Shown: positions 29,378 to 44,151 of the stretch, piece after piece
How the letters are laid out: each line of letters opens with the position of its first letter
How positions within the stretch are numbered: the stretch's first letter is position 1
Assembly: GCA_964016885.1 (NCBI GenBank)
Contig: OZ024741.1
Span: 299,460,001-299,524,000 of the forward strand
Length of the DNA: 64,000 bases
Origin: Eledone cirrhosa
Lineage: Eukaryota
Reading direction: 5' to 3'
Program-made: the position numbers and the translations under genes
The notes under the pieces: model-generated
Database searches by the model: none
What the model saw: only the letters and a program-made list of their open reading frames with translations
Told to the model about the DNA's origin: nothing

Positions 29378-30782
29378 GTGTGTGTGTGTGTGTGCGTGTG
29401 TGCGTGTGTGTGTATATGTGTATTTATATATATAAATTTGTGTATATGTTTATATTTATGCGTATTTATGCGTATTTATATGCATATATGTAGCAGTCTG
29501 TACGTGCCTGTGTACATGTATGTTTATGTAATGAACTATAATAACGATGCATTGACTTCATCAAGGAAGGACTTGTTTTATGCATAACATTACACCATCC
29601 ACAGAGATCTATCATTCAGACTAAGATTCAAAAGGCAAATCCTCCCTCATAATGGTATGCAGACCCTAACACATTCTTTTAGCCGGGGGCTTGTGAGTAT
29701 CTCTAGTCCCGCCTGTGCACTCATTTCTAGCGTCACACCTCGAGTTACTGTCCTCTATAAAATCAGCACTACCCTTTTAACAGGTAGCATCTTGTATACT
29801 TCTTCCTTACTTATTTTTCAGCTTACAATTCCCTTCCGAACCCTCTTCGGTGTTTCGGGATGCATAATCTTTGTTCGCCAATCCCACGCCTCACAGGACA
29901 AGTCACAAGCCCATCGCCAATTTTCACAGCATGTAATGAAGACTGCGATTTATTTTTTGAAAATTACCACTACCACAACTACTAAGAACAGCAGCAGCAA
30001 TACCACCTCCACCACCATCACCACCACCACCACCACCATCACGATAATCTTCAACATCACACCAGCACCATCAGCATCGGTTTCCTTAATTCCTCTATAC
30101 TATTAGCTTAGCTTTATCATTATCTTTATAAACATCACCATCTTCGGCTTCGTTTTCATCATTAACACTATCATCACCAACACCCCAGCTACTACAATCA
30201 ACACCGCAACGAACGCCACCTCCATCACTACCACTATCATAATCAAGCTTCTTATGAATCAGAAAAATTAATGAAGTTGGAAGCATTTCAATTATTATTT
30301 CAATTAAAACAAAAATCTAAATCCCTGCCCACCCACAAACTACTAACAAATAAGCACTACCACCGCCACCACCATCACCACTACAACAACAACGAAACAA
30401 ACAAAGGAAGTGTGTATGTGTGTGTGCATGTATGTGTGTGTGTGTTTGTGTGTGTTCATGTGTGTAAAAAGTAAACAAATATAACAAAGAAAACGACACA
30501 GTACATTAAAAGAATATGGTTGTTTAACGCTTGAAACAACAGGGAAAGGTTTTAATATTTGGAGAATCGTCCTTCATTAGAAAGTGGAGTAACAAATCAT
30601 AGATAAGATAGAATGATCTAGAGTGAGATGGGGAAGGAACTGCACAAACTTGATGAATAAATTGAACATGCGTATTTAGTCAACCCTTTTGATATATTGG
30701 GGCATCAAGTATGACATTTGTAGACATTTGTTTTTTTCCTACAAATTCTACAAATTTCGTACCTGACGACTCAATATATATA

Positions 30783-30868
<86 letters not shown>

Positions 30869-30879
30869 TATACATATAT

Positions 30880-30956
<77 letters not shown>

Positions 30957-30958
<2 letters not shown>

Positions 30959-31520
30959 GTTATTCCGGGTTGAATCGGAGGTAACCACAGTAAGTAAGGT
31001 ACTCAATACATTGCAGAGTATAAAAGTTTTAATATAGATGAGATTCTACAGGACTAGAACTGTTTCATTCTTTAGAAATCATCAGGAATCTGGGTATCAA
31101 AAAATAAATATGGTATTTATAGGTCTCTACAAGTGGTAGGAGAGGGTGGGGCGTGGGATGGGTGTAGGTCATTGGTTGATAGAAAAGGGAATTCATTAAA
31201 AGCTAATTCTACAAAGCTATAGTTTATTTTTATTAATTTTTGTTTTTAGAGTAACAAAGGCAGACAGAATTCTATAAACAGGCTCCGGATGGCATACCAT
31301 TCCTTGTCATTAAGTTTCTCTTAAGCTAACAGATGTCTATAAGATCAGTGGGGGGTCAGTCATGGTAGATAGAATTAAAGGAAAGGGATATTCTTTAAAA
31401 GCTAAATTCATTAAAGTTCTACTAAGAGACAAAGGTTTAGAGGATTCTGTAGACAGATTCAAAATACTGAGTGCATATCTTACAATTATCTTCGAACTTC
31501 TCTTAAACTAATCAACTATA
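30957..31520 (-). mobile_element. 3' end of PLE family A (terminal repeat plus 3' UTR)
   Basis: Same terminus as 5363; abuts (TA)n; contains an HHR. Confidence 0.7.
31041..31091 (-). ncRNA. Type I hammerhead (family A)
   Basis: Minus strand: agattc CTGATGA tttctaaagaat GAAA CAG ttctagtc CTG TA gaatct. Confidence 0.8.
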
Positions 31521-31674
31521 TGCCAAAAATCAACAAACACATTCACAAAAAAACACACTCACTCACACACTCGCGCGCAACCATAAACACACATACACAT
31601 ACACATATACACACATAAAAACACACACACATATATAAATATATCTATATATACATATATACACACATATATAT

Positions 31675-31737
<63 letters not shown>

Positions 31738-31888
31738 TATACACACACACACATACACATATATATACACACACACACACACATATATATACACATATAT
31801 ATACACTCACACACATACATACATACACACAAATATACATTTGTATACATATACATGCATATACACATACATATATATATATACACAC

Positions 31889-31939
<51 letters not shown>

Positions 31940-32016
31940 ATACATACATATACACATATATATATATATATATATATACATATACACACACATACACACA
32001 AACACACACACATATA

Positions 32017-32054
<38 letters not shown>

Positions 32055-32152
32055 AACAAATATATACATATACATACACACACACACACACATACACATA
32101 CATATATATATACACACACACACACATATACACATATATAAGGAAAAAGCAC

Positions 32153-32207
<55 letters not shown>

Positions 32208-32479
32208 GGAGAGATACACCATTCATACATATATATATATATATATTAGTAAAAGGAAAAGAACATGCTGACAAATTTATCCCAGTGAAAAATAGTTTAA
32301 TTAGGAATAAGTATAAATTAGTAATAAGTATTGGTTAGTATTCAGTTTTAGCTTTAAGTTTTTACCGGTTGCGCATTTCTAATGCTTTTCAAAAATAATT
32401 TTGAGATAGAGCGCTCGTGATGTTTGCTCTAATCTGTGTGCTTGCTCTAAACTCGTGTGTTACACCTCTATTTTTTCAA

Positions 32480-32559
<80 letters not shown>

Positions 32560-32576
32560 ACACACACGCACACACC

Positions 32577-32640
<64 letters not shown>

Positions 32641-32970
32641 TGTGTGTATATATATATATAAGAATGTATGCATTGCTTCTAACTTTAAATTTATACCTAA
32701 TTGTGTATGGTTGACGGTATATTTAGTCGATTTCTACATGCTGTTGAAATGTTAGGTAAATATTCTATTGCGGTCAGCCGCGAAGAGGCTGCTTTCGTTT
32801 ATTTATCAAATATTTCTTCATAGGAGTCTTTATTCTTATAGCCTGATCTAATGTGTTTTTATGTGGTTAATTATGCTAATTGGGAGAGGAAATAGTGTAT
32901 ATATTTTATCAAATGATTCTATGGACATCATTTATGATATATATATATATATTTATATATATATATATAT

Positions 32971-35410
32971 AATATAAAATCAAAAGATGGTTAAAAGAGT
33001 TCCATGTATTTTATTATGCGCATTTCAAAAACAAATATCATCATGGGATGATATTTGCGTTCTCATCAGAGAAAATAGGGAGACATGATATGAAGCTTAA
33101 AAAACACTTGCGAGCAGTGAAGTGTTAAATCAAAATATGAAAAATAAAGTAAGATGGATATATGAGATTGGGAAAAAAAGGCAGGAGGGGGGAAGGTAAA
33201 GGTAAAGAAGAGGAATAACGAAAATAAAGGATGGCGGGGGAGGAGTATAAGAAGGAAGGATGAGAGATGAGGAGTAATGAGTGAGAGAGAGAACCTTTAA
33301 TACTGAGAAACACTGTCTCACAGACAAAATAAAATAAAAACCGTTGAAAGACAATAAATAATAAAAAAAAAATGTTGAACTTGTTAATGAGGTTTATGAT
33401 TGGTGATGTTTATGATTAAAGAAAAAGGAATTAAGAATAGTATTTATTTAAGGTTTATATATTGAAGGGTTTAATAGTATGTGCGAAAAGGAATTTATTA
33501 ATATGTATTATTAAAATAAAAATGTTAAGGATATAAGGTGAATTACGAAGAGATTAAATGAATTATGAACTTAGAGGAATTAGTTAGGGTTTAAGTTTGT
33601 TTATATGTATTGTATTATGAAAAGGTAGATAATAGGTTTAAGACGAGCACGGAAGGAGAGAAGAAAGTAGAAAATTTAAGGAAGAAAAAATATAACGTCA
33701 AAAAATATATGTTTACAAAATTTACTAATGGTAATATTAGTATATATTAAAAATATAGTTTGTATGGCCAAGCTTATAAGGAACAGGGAAAATGCTATAG
33801 TGAGTAATAATATGAATTAAGAAGTAATTGAGAAGTAAAAGTTACAGATTAAAGATTAGAAATTAAAAAAGAAAAAAGGAAGAAATAAAAAAGGATAAAA
33901 AAGAAGAAAGATATAGAATGAGTAAATTGTATAATATAATATACTGAAATAAGTTAGAAAGATGGGTATATTTGCAAAAGATACAAAAGCGTTTGAGAAA
34001 AGAAGATTTTAAACTAATTAGGTATTGAGATATTAGCTGTATACTTTATGGAAAGTTCTATGGGATTTATGCAAGCAGAGCGAAAATAAATCCGTACGTC
34101 TATTTATTATAGAATTAAAATTAGAGATAATGGTAAATTTCTCGGCTAGGCAGAGATTACATGTTTTGGATAGGGAAGAATTCTGGTAAGGAGAGGCGTT
34201 GCAAACCTTCCTCCAAGAGATGTTCTAGTTAATATTTTTGTCTTTTAAGGACCATATGAGTTCTGAGAGTGCCGTGTTAGTTCTTTTAAGTCGGTATTTA
34301 AAAGACGAATTGTGATTATAAAATCTTGCTTTAAAGGAAGAGGAAGTGGAACCAAAATAGGTAAAATAATTAGTACCACTTATAACCTTACATTCATACA
34401 CTAAATTTTATTCAACACATTGGTTATTAAGAGGACATTTAGTTTATAACAGGGCAATTACGATCAGAGAAATTACCAGAATTATTAACAAGTGACCTAG
34501 TATTATTTATAGAAGGAATTGGATTGGAGAAGTTACTTACGATAGGTACTATAATTTCCTGATTAAGGTTGGTGTTATTAACATTCGACAAAGTTACGTT
34601 TGACGTCGTATTTAAATTTACTGTATCTAGCCTAGAGTTAACATTGACGTCGGGTTTACTATTGCTATTATTATGACGCTCAGTGTTGAATGGATATAAT
34701 TCATTATTTAATATTTTATTATTATGTTTAGAGATAATGTTAGAGATGTTGGAAGTGGTGGAATAAGAGAATTCGATTGTATGTTTGTTAAAGATCTTAC
34801 TATAGATATGCGAGGGAGGGAAGCATTTATCTAAGGCCCTAAAAATAGTTTAGGAATATTACTAGTAATAGATAGAGAAAAAGCAGCGTTGTACCAAATC
34901 CTCTTTTTGTATCTAGGTCTTTTATTTAAGTTATTGAAATGTTCATAACTAACTTCGATGATTGGTTTCTTTACTGTCTTTAACTTTATCAGGATAACCG
35001 GCTTTGGAAAGCGCATTATTATAATAATTGGCATTAACGTCGAAGATAAATTTATTAGAGGATAGATTTGAGATTCTTTTATCAACATTACTGACTATAG
35101 CATTTTTAACGTTAGTGGGGTGGTTAGATTTAAAATTAACATAATTTAGATTCTCATTGTCTTTATGGTAAGGGTAATATAGGCCGATGTCAAGATTAAG
35201 GGATATATCCAGGATGTTAGCTAGTTTGACGTTGTTTTCAAGTTCAATTGTTAGGTTATGGTGCTTAAATAGATCAAGTATATCATTTTTAATAATATTA
35301 AGGTTAACTAAGTTACAGTTTACGACAGTAAAAAGGGCATCGTCACGATAAATTCCCCCGCGAAGTTGATGAATTTTCCGATTTAAAGAATTCCACTGTG
35401 ATATCATAAT
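32971..35410 (-). mobile_element. 5'-truncated decayed Penelope-like element, family D (RT + GIY-YIG)
   Basis: RT motifs GIYRDDALF, ILDISLNL, YVNFKSNHP (34949-35407); IWYNAAFS (34831-35088); GIY-YIG CPLNNQC..YFGST..FKARFYNH..CNLCLAEK (~34130-34445) with stops; terminal repeat with HHR. Confidence 0.9.
33007..33077 (-). ncRNA. Minimal type I hammerhead (family D) in PLE terminal repeat
   Basis: Minus strand: tattttct CTGATGA gaacgcaaatatcatc ccat gatgatatttgttttt GAAA TGCGCA TA ataaaata. Confidence 0.8.
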
Positions 35411-35411
35411 A

Positions 35412-35522
35412 GAAGTGTTTACACCATAGTTAGTTCACCATACCCAGAACAATTGTTTCACCTTAGCGGATCACTGAGTGCTCTATCACTACGGATATAT
35501 TACCCTACCAGTGTTCTACCAC
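35412..35522. mobile_element. PLE family C stub with inversion
   Basis: agttagttcaccata..gaacaattgtttcaccttagcggatca joined to ctgagtgctctatcactac; compare 8740-8870. Confidence 0.75.
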
Positions 35523-35596
<74 letters not shown>

Positions 35597-35642
35597 TACA
35601 CACATATATATATACACACATATATATATATATATATATATA

Positions 35643-35731
<89 letters not shown>

Positions 35732-35806
35732 GACATATATATACTATATATATATACATATATAGTATATATATGTATATATATATATATATACATATAT
35801 AGTATA

Positions 35807-35860
<54 letters not shown>

Positions 35861-36444
35861 TACATGTATATATATATGTATATATCTGATTTTGTGTTTG
35901 TGAGCTTGGAGGAAATGTATTGCAAAAAAATATATATTGATTTAACTCTTCAAAATCAATAGCAATTATATCGAAACAAACAACTTCATTTGACTGCAGG
36001 CTATAGTAAAAAAGATAAAAGAATCTTACACGCATTGGAATATGTGCATCCTTATAAAATGTTTGTATGAATGTGAGCATGTGTTTTGCTTCATAGTTCT
36101 ATTATAGTTAATTTCTAAATTCATATAATCTCTAATGCATTACAAAATTTTTCAAAATAAAATAAATAAAATATTCTACTGGTTATGGTTATCTGTCGGA
36201 CAATACAATAGTTTCTAAAGCTTTAAGGTGATGACAAATGTTTTAGAACTAGACGTCTGCTGGTGCCTCGTTAGAGTTTCTTTGATATATGTTTGTATTA
36301 GTGTCTGTGTATATTTGTATTAGACCTGTTTGTATCAACACGTGTGCACATACATTCATATGTACATATATAATACATAAATACTATACGTACATAAATA
36401 CACACACAAAAACACTTCCAAGAGCATATATCCCCAAACACGGT

Positions 36445-36535
<91 letters not shown>

Positions 36536-37269
36536 ATGTATGTAGCACATTAGTTTTATTAAACGTTGAACAATGGAAGCAAATAGATCAAGAGGAGAAT
36601 ATTCAGTAAGCAATAATTTTATTGTATTGTGTCTCTTCTCTAAACAATTGTTAATCGTAGTTTTGAGAGGCAACTTCAATCATTTCAATCCTACAATTTA
36701 TATTACAAATATATTAGACTTTTGAATTAGGTGACAGAGACACTAAAATATCTTTATGGTATTTCATTCGGTTACTTTGGGGGGATGACATTAATAATTC
36801 ATCAGTACTGGCATTGCTTTTCAAACATTTATATTTCATTAACTAAATAACCACCCTCAACAACTAGTGTACTGAGGTTGATTATGAAGAATATACACTG
36901 TAAATTATATTTGTATACTGGAGATATTGTGTTGGTGACCAATACTGACTATAGTCTGGAGATAATCTCTCAATAAAATTAATTCCTGGGCCATATATTC
37001 CTTTAACTCCAAATTTACGTTACATTACGAATCCAGTAAAGACGGCAAGGGATCATACGCGTGTATTGTTCATGTTTAAAGTTGTCGTAACTGACGTATC
37101 TAATCTAATCAACGAATGGAATAAGGATCAGTCACCCTAATCATGAAATTAACGGGTAAATAACTACGCATTTCATAGACGCTTGTACAATAAAGGTGAT
37201 TTTCCTAGATATTCACAATAACACAGGTATGTGATAAAGCTGGTCTGATGAATTACGGTAGGTCTATGG

Positions 37270-37420
37270 GCATCGAAAAGTTTTCGTCTACCCAATTTCA
37301 TTCACAAAACATAGGACGACCAGAGGTAATGATAAATGACACATACCGAATATGTTACGCAGTGACATAGAACCTGGGACCTACGGATTGCGATGGACAC
37401 TCTTAACCAATTGCTCATGC
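37270..37420 (-). mobile_element. Diverged SINE (second family)
   Basis: Minus strand ggttaagagtgtccatcgcaatccgtaggtcccaggttc..gtgaatgaaattgggtagacgaaaac with a tRNA-like head. Confidence 0.5.
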
Positions 37421-38384
37421 GTACACGCTCAACAAAAACCATTTATAAATGCAATAGATCATCATGTTCGTTTCCTCACGTATTTGATGTTCCGCACCAG
37501 GTCATCTAGAATTGAGCACCAGATCATCTATGATACGGTCGAACGTATTCCAATGACTATGACGTATGTATGTATGTATGTAAATATGTATATGTATATA
37601 TGTATGCATGAATGTGTGTATGCATGTATGTATACATATAAATGTAAGAAACTCCTTTCCAGAAATAACTTCTGGTAAAAAGAGGACATGTGTGTTATCC
37701 GAACGCGTATCCTCCACCTCCAAATACCTTACCGTCAACCGGTCGGATCGGCCGATAGGATGGGGAATCTATTGCAACGGAGACGGCGAGAGAGACGTTG
37801 GAACAACCACTCCACCTCGCAGGGCTCGCATCTATGGGCTAGCATCTCCGATAGCAGTGAGTAGCGATGTGGTCTGCTGGCCAAGGCAGCTGGAAGTCTC
37901 CATTTAACCAACACATATCTTGTTCATATATAAATTGTCCAATATGACCTCTTTACTTATTCAAAGATAGAATCGTATGGTTTGAAAGACTATTAGTACT
38001 AGCATATATAGCGCGCACATTGAGGCTCACTCGCTGATTCATGACTTTTAGTAAGAGATATAGCAATAAATTAAACATTGAATAAACAAGGGAAGGTATA
38101 GCATACCAATGGATACAAGATTTGTTAATCCTTTAATTTCGTTTCAATTTCGTTAGAATGCTGCTTAGAATCATCTATATATAGCTGATTCTACATTCAA
38201 AGGTTAAGGTCAGAATCTAATGTGGGACACAATTCTGCCATCCAGAGTGAGAGAGAGAGAGAGAGGGGGGTAGAGAGAGAGAGTTTGAGTGTGTGTGTGC
38301 AAATGTTCAGAGTTGAACTATTTTCTACTTCCGAAAATAAACTTCTTGATTTTGAGATAGAGCTTTAGCTAAGTTGTCAACATG

Positions 38385-38552
38385 AAATAATTGTTTCTAC
38401 TTTTGGCACAAGTCCACCAAATACCCAGTGTATTACTGGTACTTTACTGTATCGACCCCGTAAGGATGAAAGGCAAAGTTAACCTCGGCGGGATTTGAAC
38501 TCAGAATGGCAAGGGCCGTAACTCTATGCGTCAAAGCATGGCGTCCGATCCT
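38385..38552 (-). mobile_element. 5'-truncated tRNA-derived SINE with 15-bp target-site duplication
   Basis: TSD tcaacatgaaataat at 38377-38391 and 38567-38581. Confidence 0.85.
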
Positions 38553-40312
38553 CATTGTGCATTATTTCAACATGAAATAATGCACAATGAAAATAAGGTA
38601 AACATATGAACTGTACGATGTCGAAGAACAGAGCTTGAGGTTTGTGTTTTTATTCACAAGTGTAGTGCCTGTAGCAGAACTGTTGACGCTGTCATCACTG
38701 AAATATTTATATATATAACGAGTTTAAGGTTTTTATTTACAGATGATAGTTTTCTCAACCTCAAATATCTATTTTACCTGAGGATGACGTTTGGGTGCAA
38801 ACAGGGAAATAATTATATTACCATTTTACACGTGTTTGGGACTGAATTAATTGCGAGTGGAACCTGGATGTACGGAAGAATGCATATGCCAGAACAGAAC
38901 CCTGAGAGAGTAAAGTTATTAAATTCCCTTCATCGACATATACTTTGATAGTGCGGTCTGACAGGAAACATCAAACATAAGTGTTAAGGTATCTCATACA
39001 AAAAGAATCTAATCCGTTACCTAGAGATTTTGTAAGATGGTTCTCATGATAGACAAGTTTAAATAATTCCTTAGTTTTCAAAGATGACAGCGCCAATAGA
39101 CGTAGTGACAATTTGGCGATAAAAAGAGGAAAATGTCAGAAAATGATAAAATCTGTAATTATATACGATTAATTCTATTAATTAGAAGTAAAAGTGATAT
39201 GACGGTATTTGGTAAACTGAAATATATTATCCGAACCGATTTGGATAGCTTCTAAGTGTATATAAATAATTGTAGATGTACAACCTAATCAGATGTATCT
39301 ATCATTGAATAATTAGTTTTATTTCTTTCGGAGAATGTTCTTCCTAATCCATACTTATATAACTCAACAGACATTGTATGCTTCCAACTTTATCGCTGTA
39401 TAACATAGTATTTATACATATGTGTATCAGTTAAGTCAGTCTTTTTCTTCTATTCATGAAAAAAAAACCCAACAGTTTAAGTAATGGAAACTGACGGAAT
39501 TTGAATGCAATATGTCATTCAATGATGAGAAATATTTAATAATAGTTTTTGAACTTCGTTAAAATGACCATGTATCTTCAAATATTTTCTTCATATGCGT
39601 GTTTTTATATGCGGAAACATGTACGCGAATAAACTAAAACAGTCTTTATGACGCGTAACTTTGGATACCTTCCATATACTATACCGATTGTGTTGTTATT
39701 TCTGTTTAGCGTTTACATATATATATATACAAATATGAGAATTTCAGAGTATTAATACTTGAAATTATGTATATATTTAGCTTTCGAATTTTCGTCCAAC
39801 GCTCTCACGACTCGCAGTTCGCTGCCTCAGTAAAATATTACACATTGCTAACCAAAATGAGGAATCATTCTTGTAATGCGAGAAATATTCATTGCATCAA
39901 ATTTAGTTCGATAAAGTTGGCATTAGAACTGAGAATTACAGGGTGGTGTATTACAAGAAATCGAAACAATTTTATCATTCCGGTGACCAACAAGCATAAA
40001 TACACTCACTGCTGCTGGAAATGTTTATTTTTAAAGAACACGTATATTACAAGAACATGTATATTATAAGGCAAAGTGTTAGAATCGTTAGAATGTAGAC
40101 ATAGTATGCTATCTGGTATTCATTTCGAGTTTCAGAGATCTGGGATCATATCTGACCAAGGTCAACATTACCTTTCAGATAAACAGACTACTCGTCGATT
40201 ACTGGGTCTATTCTTCATTTTCTGTTCTGCCTGTCCATTTCTTACCCTCTTTCACTCTCTCCCCCTCTGTCCCTCTATCTCTCACACATTCACACATACA
40301 CGCACACTCTAC

Positions 40313-40380
<68 letters not shown>

Positions 40381-40986
40381 GTCCCTCCCTCTCTCTCTCT
40401 CTCAAAAAAAAAAGACAAAACCGGCTGTTTTCTGACATATGTGGATGGCTTCCTCTCAGATTAGTGCCCATGTCTATGAAAGAACCGTAAGTAAATCTGG
40501 CAAAAATATTCTTTTAAAAGTGGAAATCCAGTGTATCAGTAAAATATCACCCCAGCAAGAAGGAACAGTAAAAACTATTAGTATGTCTATAATTTGCCGA
40601 AGAAAAGATTTATCTTAAAAGCAAAACCAAAAGAAATGAATGCAACATGGCAAAATTATCTTAGACAATAGCCGAGCTCCAATTACGTAAACATGGTTTG
40701 TAAGATGAATTCTTTATAAAAGACTGAAAAACTAAATTAATAATGAAGGAAACCTACGCACTATGAACGGGCATTAATACGCTGCTTCTCATCTATTATC
40801 TGTCTTTTCATTATGTCTACCTATAATTACAAGCATAGAAATATCTATCAATAGTAATGCCACAAGGAAGTTTAGTGTGTATTTATGGACGCGTGCACAT
40901 CAAATTCCGATCACGTTGCAGTTGAACGCATATCACATATCCACACGCATCGAAAATTCATGAGTTTTCTTCATTCCTCTTTATTC

Positions 40987-41061
<75 letters not shown>

Positions 41062-41234
41062 GTGACACACACATAAACATATATATATATAAATATATAT
41101 AAATGTATATATGTATATATGTTTATTAGATTTATATAAGCCAGATGAGCTTTGGTTTATCGGTTCAAAGAGGTTATACTTCATACATAAGTTGTTTGGC
41201 TTAAATCCAGCAAGTTTCTGAAATCTCGAAATTT

Positions 41235-43420
41235 TGTGGCTACTGATGCAGATATCATGTCCGCCATCAGGTCCTTCCCAGCTAGCAGCTGCGGAGGTGT
41301 TGATGGTCTCCGACCAGGCCACCTCAAGGAGTTGACATCCCCCTCTCCGCCGAGGCCGGGCGCCGCCTTCTGAGTGCAATTGTGGCGATCACCAATAGGC
41401 TTATCCATGGTGCCCTCGATCTTTACGCACGACGCCTCTTTTTTCGGCCAGCCTCACCACTCTCAGGAAGAAAGAGGGTGGCATACGCCCCATTGCTGTG
41501 GGCAATGTTTTTCGGAGACTGGCTGCCAAGGTGATCTGCAAGTCCGTCATACACGAACTGGGTGAGGAGTTTAGTCCGGTGCAACAGGGTGTCGGCGTGT
41601 CCGGTGGCTGTGAGGGGGCCGCTCATGCTACCAGGCAGTTCTTCAACAGCTGCCCATCGGTACCGGCATCCAGGGACTCCAGGCACCTCATTGTCAAGCT
41701 TGACATGAGGAATGCCTTCAACTCTTTACGCCGGGATCATCTGCTCGAGGCCTGCCTAAACCGAGCCCCCTCTGATTACCCGCTGGCCTACCTGTCATAT
41801 GGAGACCCGCGCATGCTCCTAGCTGCTAATTCGGTCATACCCTCGGCTACTGGGGTCCAAAAGGGCGACCTTTTGGTACCCCTCCTGTTCGCCCTTGGAA
41901 TTGACCACATCGCCCGGAGTATCACGGCCCTTCTCAACGTTTTGTATCCGGATGATGCTACGTTGGGCGGGCCCGTACGGACGGTCTGCCATGACCTTCA
42001 ATCGGTGGTTACTGCACTGGCGGGAATCGGCCTTCAGGTCAACTCGGCCAAGTCGGAGGTGGTGAACGTCAGCCTCGATGCTGCGAGCTTTGCAGCCTCC
42101 GTCTTGGACGTGCGGTCTATTCTCCGCCAGGTTCAGGCGACCCTAAAGAGGATGTCCTCATTCTCGGGTCACTGATCCACCCATCGGCCATCCATTCCAC
42201 CATCAGGTCCAGGCTTCAACAGTACAGACTCTCAGGAGCCGACTTGGCTTGATTGACGGCCACCCAGCTCTATATCTGCTGAGGAACTGCTTCGCCATGC
42301 CGAAGCTCCTCTATACACTCCGCAGCGCTCCATGATACACCCAGGCATCTCTCCTCGCTGACCTCGATACTTGTATCCGAGCAGCAGCCGAGGGGATATG
42401 CAACGTCAAGTTTGACGATATAAGATGGCAACAGGCCACTTTACCTGTCAGGTATAGCGGCCTTGGACTCCGGTCCCCCGCCTCACTAGCTTTACTGGCG
42501 TATCTTCCGTCGGTAACCTCGTCAGCAGGGTTCTTCAGAACACAACAAAACCCTCTGTGTTCAGAGAACGTGAGGCCGCCTGCGAGACGTGGGACCGGCT
42601 GGGACTTAGACTAGTAGACGTCCCTCCTCCTTCTCCCCCTGTTGACGTCAAGTCCCCCCAACGCCCTTGGGATGCCATCCAGTGAATTCAAGCCTTAGAC
42701 AGGCTCACGCGCCAGCTCGACCAGCACCGCCTTGCTTGTTTTTGTGCGGCCTCCAAACCCCACAGTGGTTCCTGGCTCTATGCCCTACCCTCCTCCTCCA
42801 CTGGCAAGCAGCTAGACAACCATAGCCTCCGAATCGGTGTTTCCCTGAGGCTCGACCTCTGGATCTGCCAGCCACACCAATGGACCCTTCGGGCTGCACC
42901 CCCTTTCCTGTCGCCACAGTGCCGGCCGCATACCACGCCATGCTGCCCTCAACGAGGTCATTAAGCATGGCCTGGACGCTGCAGGCTTCCCTTCCCAGCT
43001 CGGGCCGGTGGGGTTGGATCGAGGGAACGGAAAAAGGCCAGATGGCATGACCATCTTCCCGTTCCGTGGTGGCAAGCCCCTCGTCTGGGATGCCACTTGC
43101 AGCGACACTTTCTACAGCCGCAACTTGGTGCAGTCTGCGATTGACCCACGTACTGCTGAACGTCGGGCTGGGGAGGGGGGGGGGGGCAAACTCCTCAAAT
43201 ACCGGTCGCTCTCCGACAGGTTTGCGGTCGTACCCCTGGCAGTGGAGAGTTCTGGTGTCCTCGGCCCCAGGGCTACCTCCTTACTCACCACCATAGGCGC
43301 TGAGCTGGCCAGCCGCATGTTTGAGCCCCGCGAGTTGGTGTCTCCCTCCAGCATGTCTCCCTTGCCGTCCTCCGGGGAAACGCCTTATCCATTCTGCCCG
43401 CCGGGGCTGTGGGTGGGACC
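41235..43420 (+). mobile_element. Decayed, 5'-truncated CRE-clade non-LTR retrotransposon (RT + restriction-like endonuclease)
   Basis: SFPASSCGGVDGLRPGHL, GGIRPIAVGNVFRRL, QQGVGVSGGCE, KLDMRNAFNS, GVQKGD, YPDD, RHAALNEV, KRPDGMT..LVWDATCSDT, AVVPLAVESSG; frameshifts and stops; GC-rich. Confidence 0.85.
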
Positions 43421-43550
43421 CATCGCGTACCAATACATTAGTTAAATACCATTCTTTCATCTGATATAACATAAGCATAGATACATATGCAATAAAACGT
43501 TATACCATTTACGTGGCGTTCTCTTTGCGCGCAATTGTTCTCAACGGTAC

Positions 43551-43751
43551 AAATAATGACGTATTATCTTCGTTTTTTCCGTTCATTGCCAGAGAACGTC
43601 TCCATGAACCTAATAGAATATTAGTCTACGACTTCATTCATACCATGAACCTGGTTTTGTCTTTTCGTGTAATTTTTTTTTTACGCTCAAAATAATGACG
43701 TATTATCTTCGTTTTTTCCCCGTTCTTTGCCAGGGAACGTTTCAACGAACC
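43551..43751. repeat. ~60-bp direct repeat
   Basis: aaataatgacgtattatcttcgttttttcc..gttc.ttgccag.gaacgt at 43551 and 43690. Confidence 0.8.
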
Positions 43752-43891
43752 AAAGTATCGTCGACCTGTCTTCCTCTGGTTGCAACGTTTTTGAAATATT
43801 TACTTCTTCTTTCACAGATTGACTTTTTTAGTTTCAGAAGATCCTGTTAAGGGTGAAAGCAGCGATTCTTTGCTTAAACTTTAATCTGTTA

Positions 43892-43961
<70 letters not shown>

Positions 43962-44051
43962 TTAGTTAAGCAAAAAAAGACCACACATTTCACAAAGAGG
44001 AGATTATTAAAAGATTGTCAACATATTTTAGTTTGATGAAAGGAATGTAGA

Positions 44052-44052
<1 letters not shown>

Positions 44053-44114
<62 letters not shown>

Positions 44115-44151
44115 GGGAATAATAATAAGGGAATAATAATAATAATAATAA
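44053..44151. repeat. (AAT)n microsatellite, probable target of the downstream R4/Dong elements
   Basis: Direct observation; same repeat as the element tails. Confidence 0.85.

Noticed and set aside
32715-32820. Possible further U3-A8 hammerhead on the minus strand (TTGATAA..GAAATCGACTA)
   Set aside because: Stem I is out of register by one base and stems II and III do not close.
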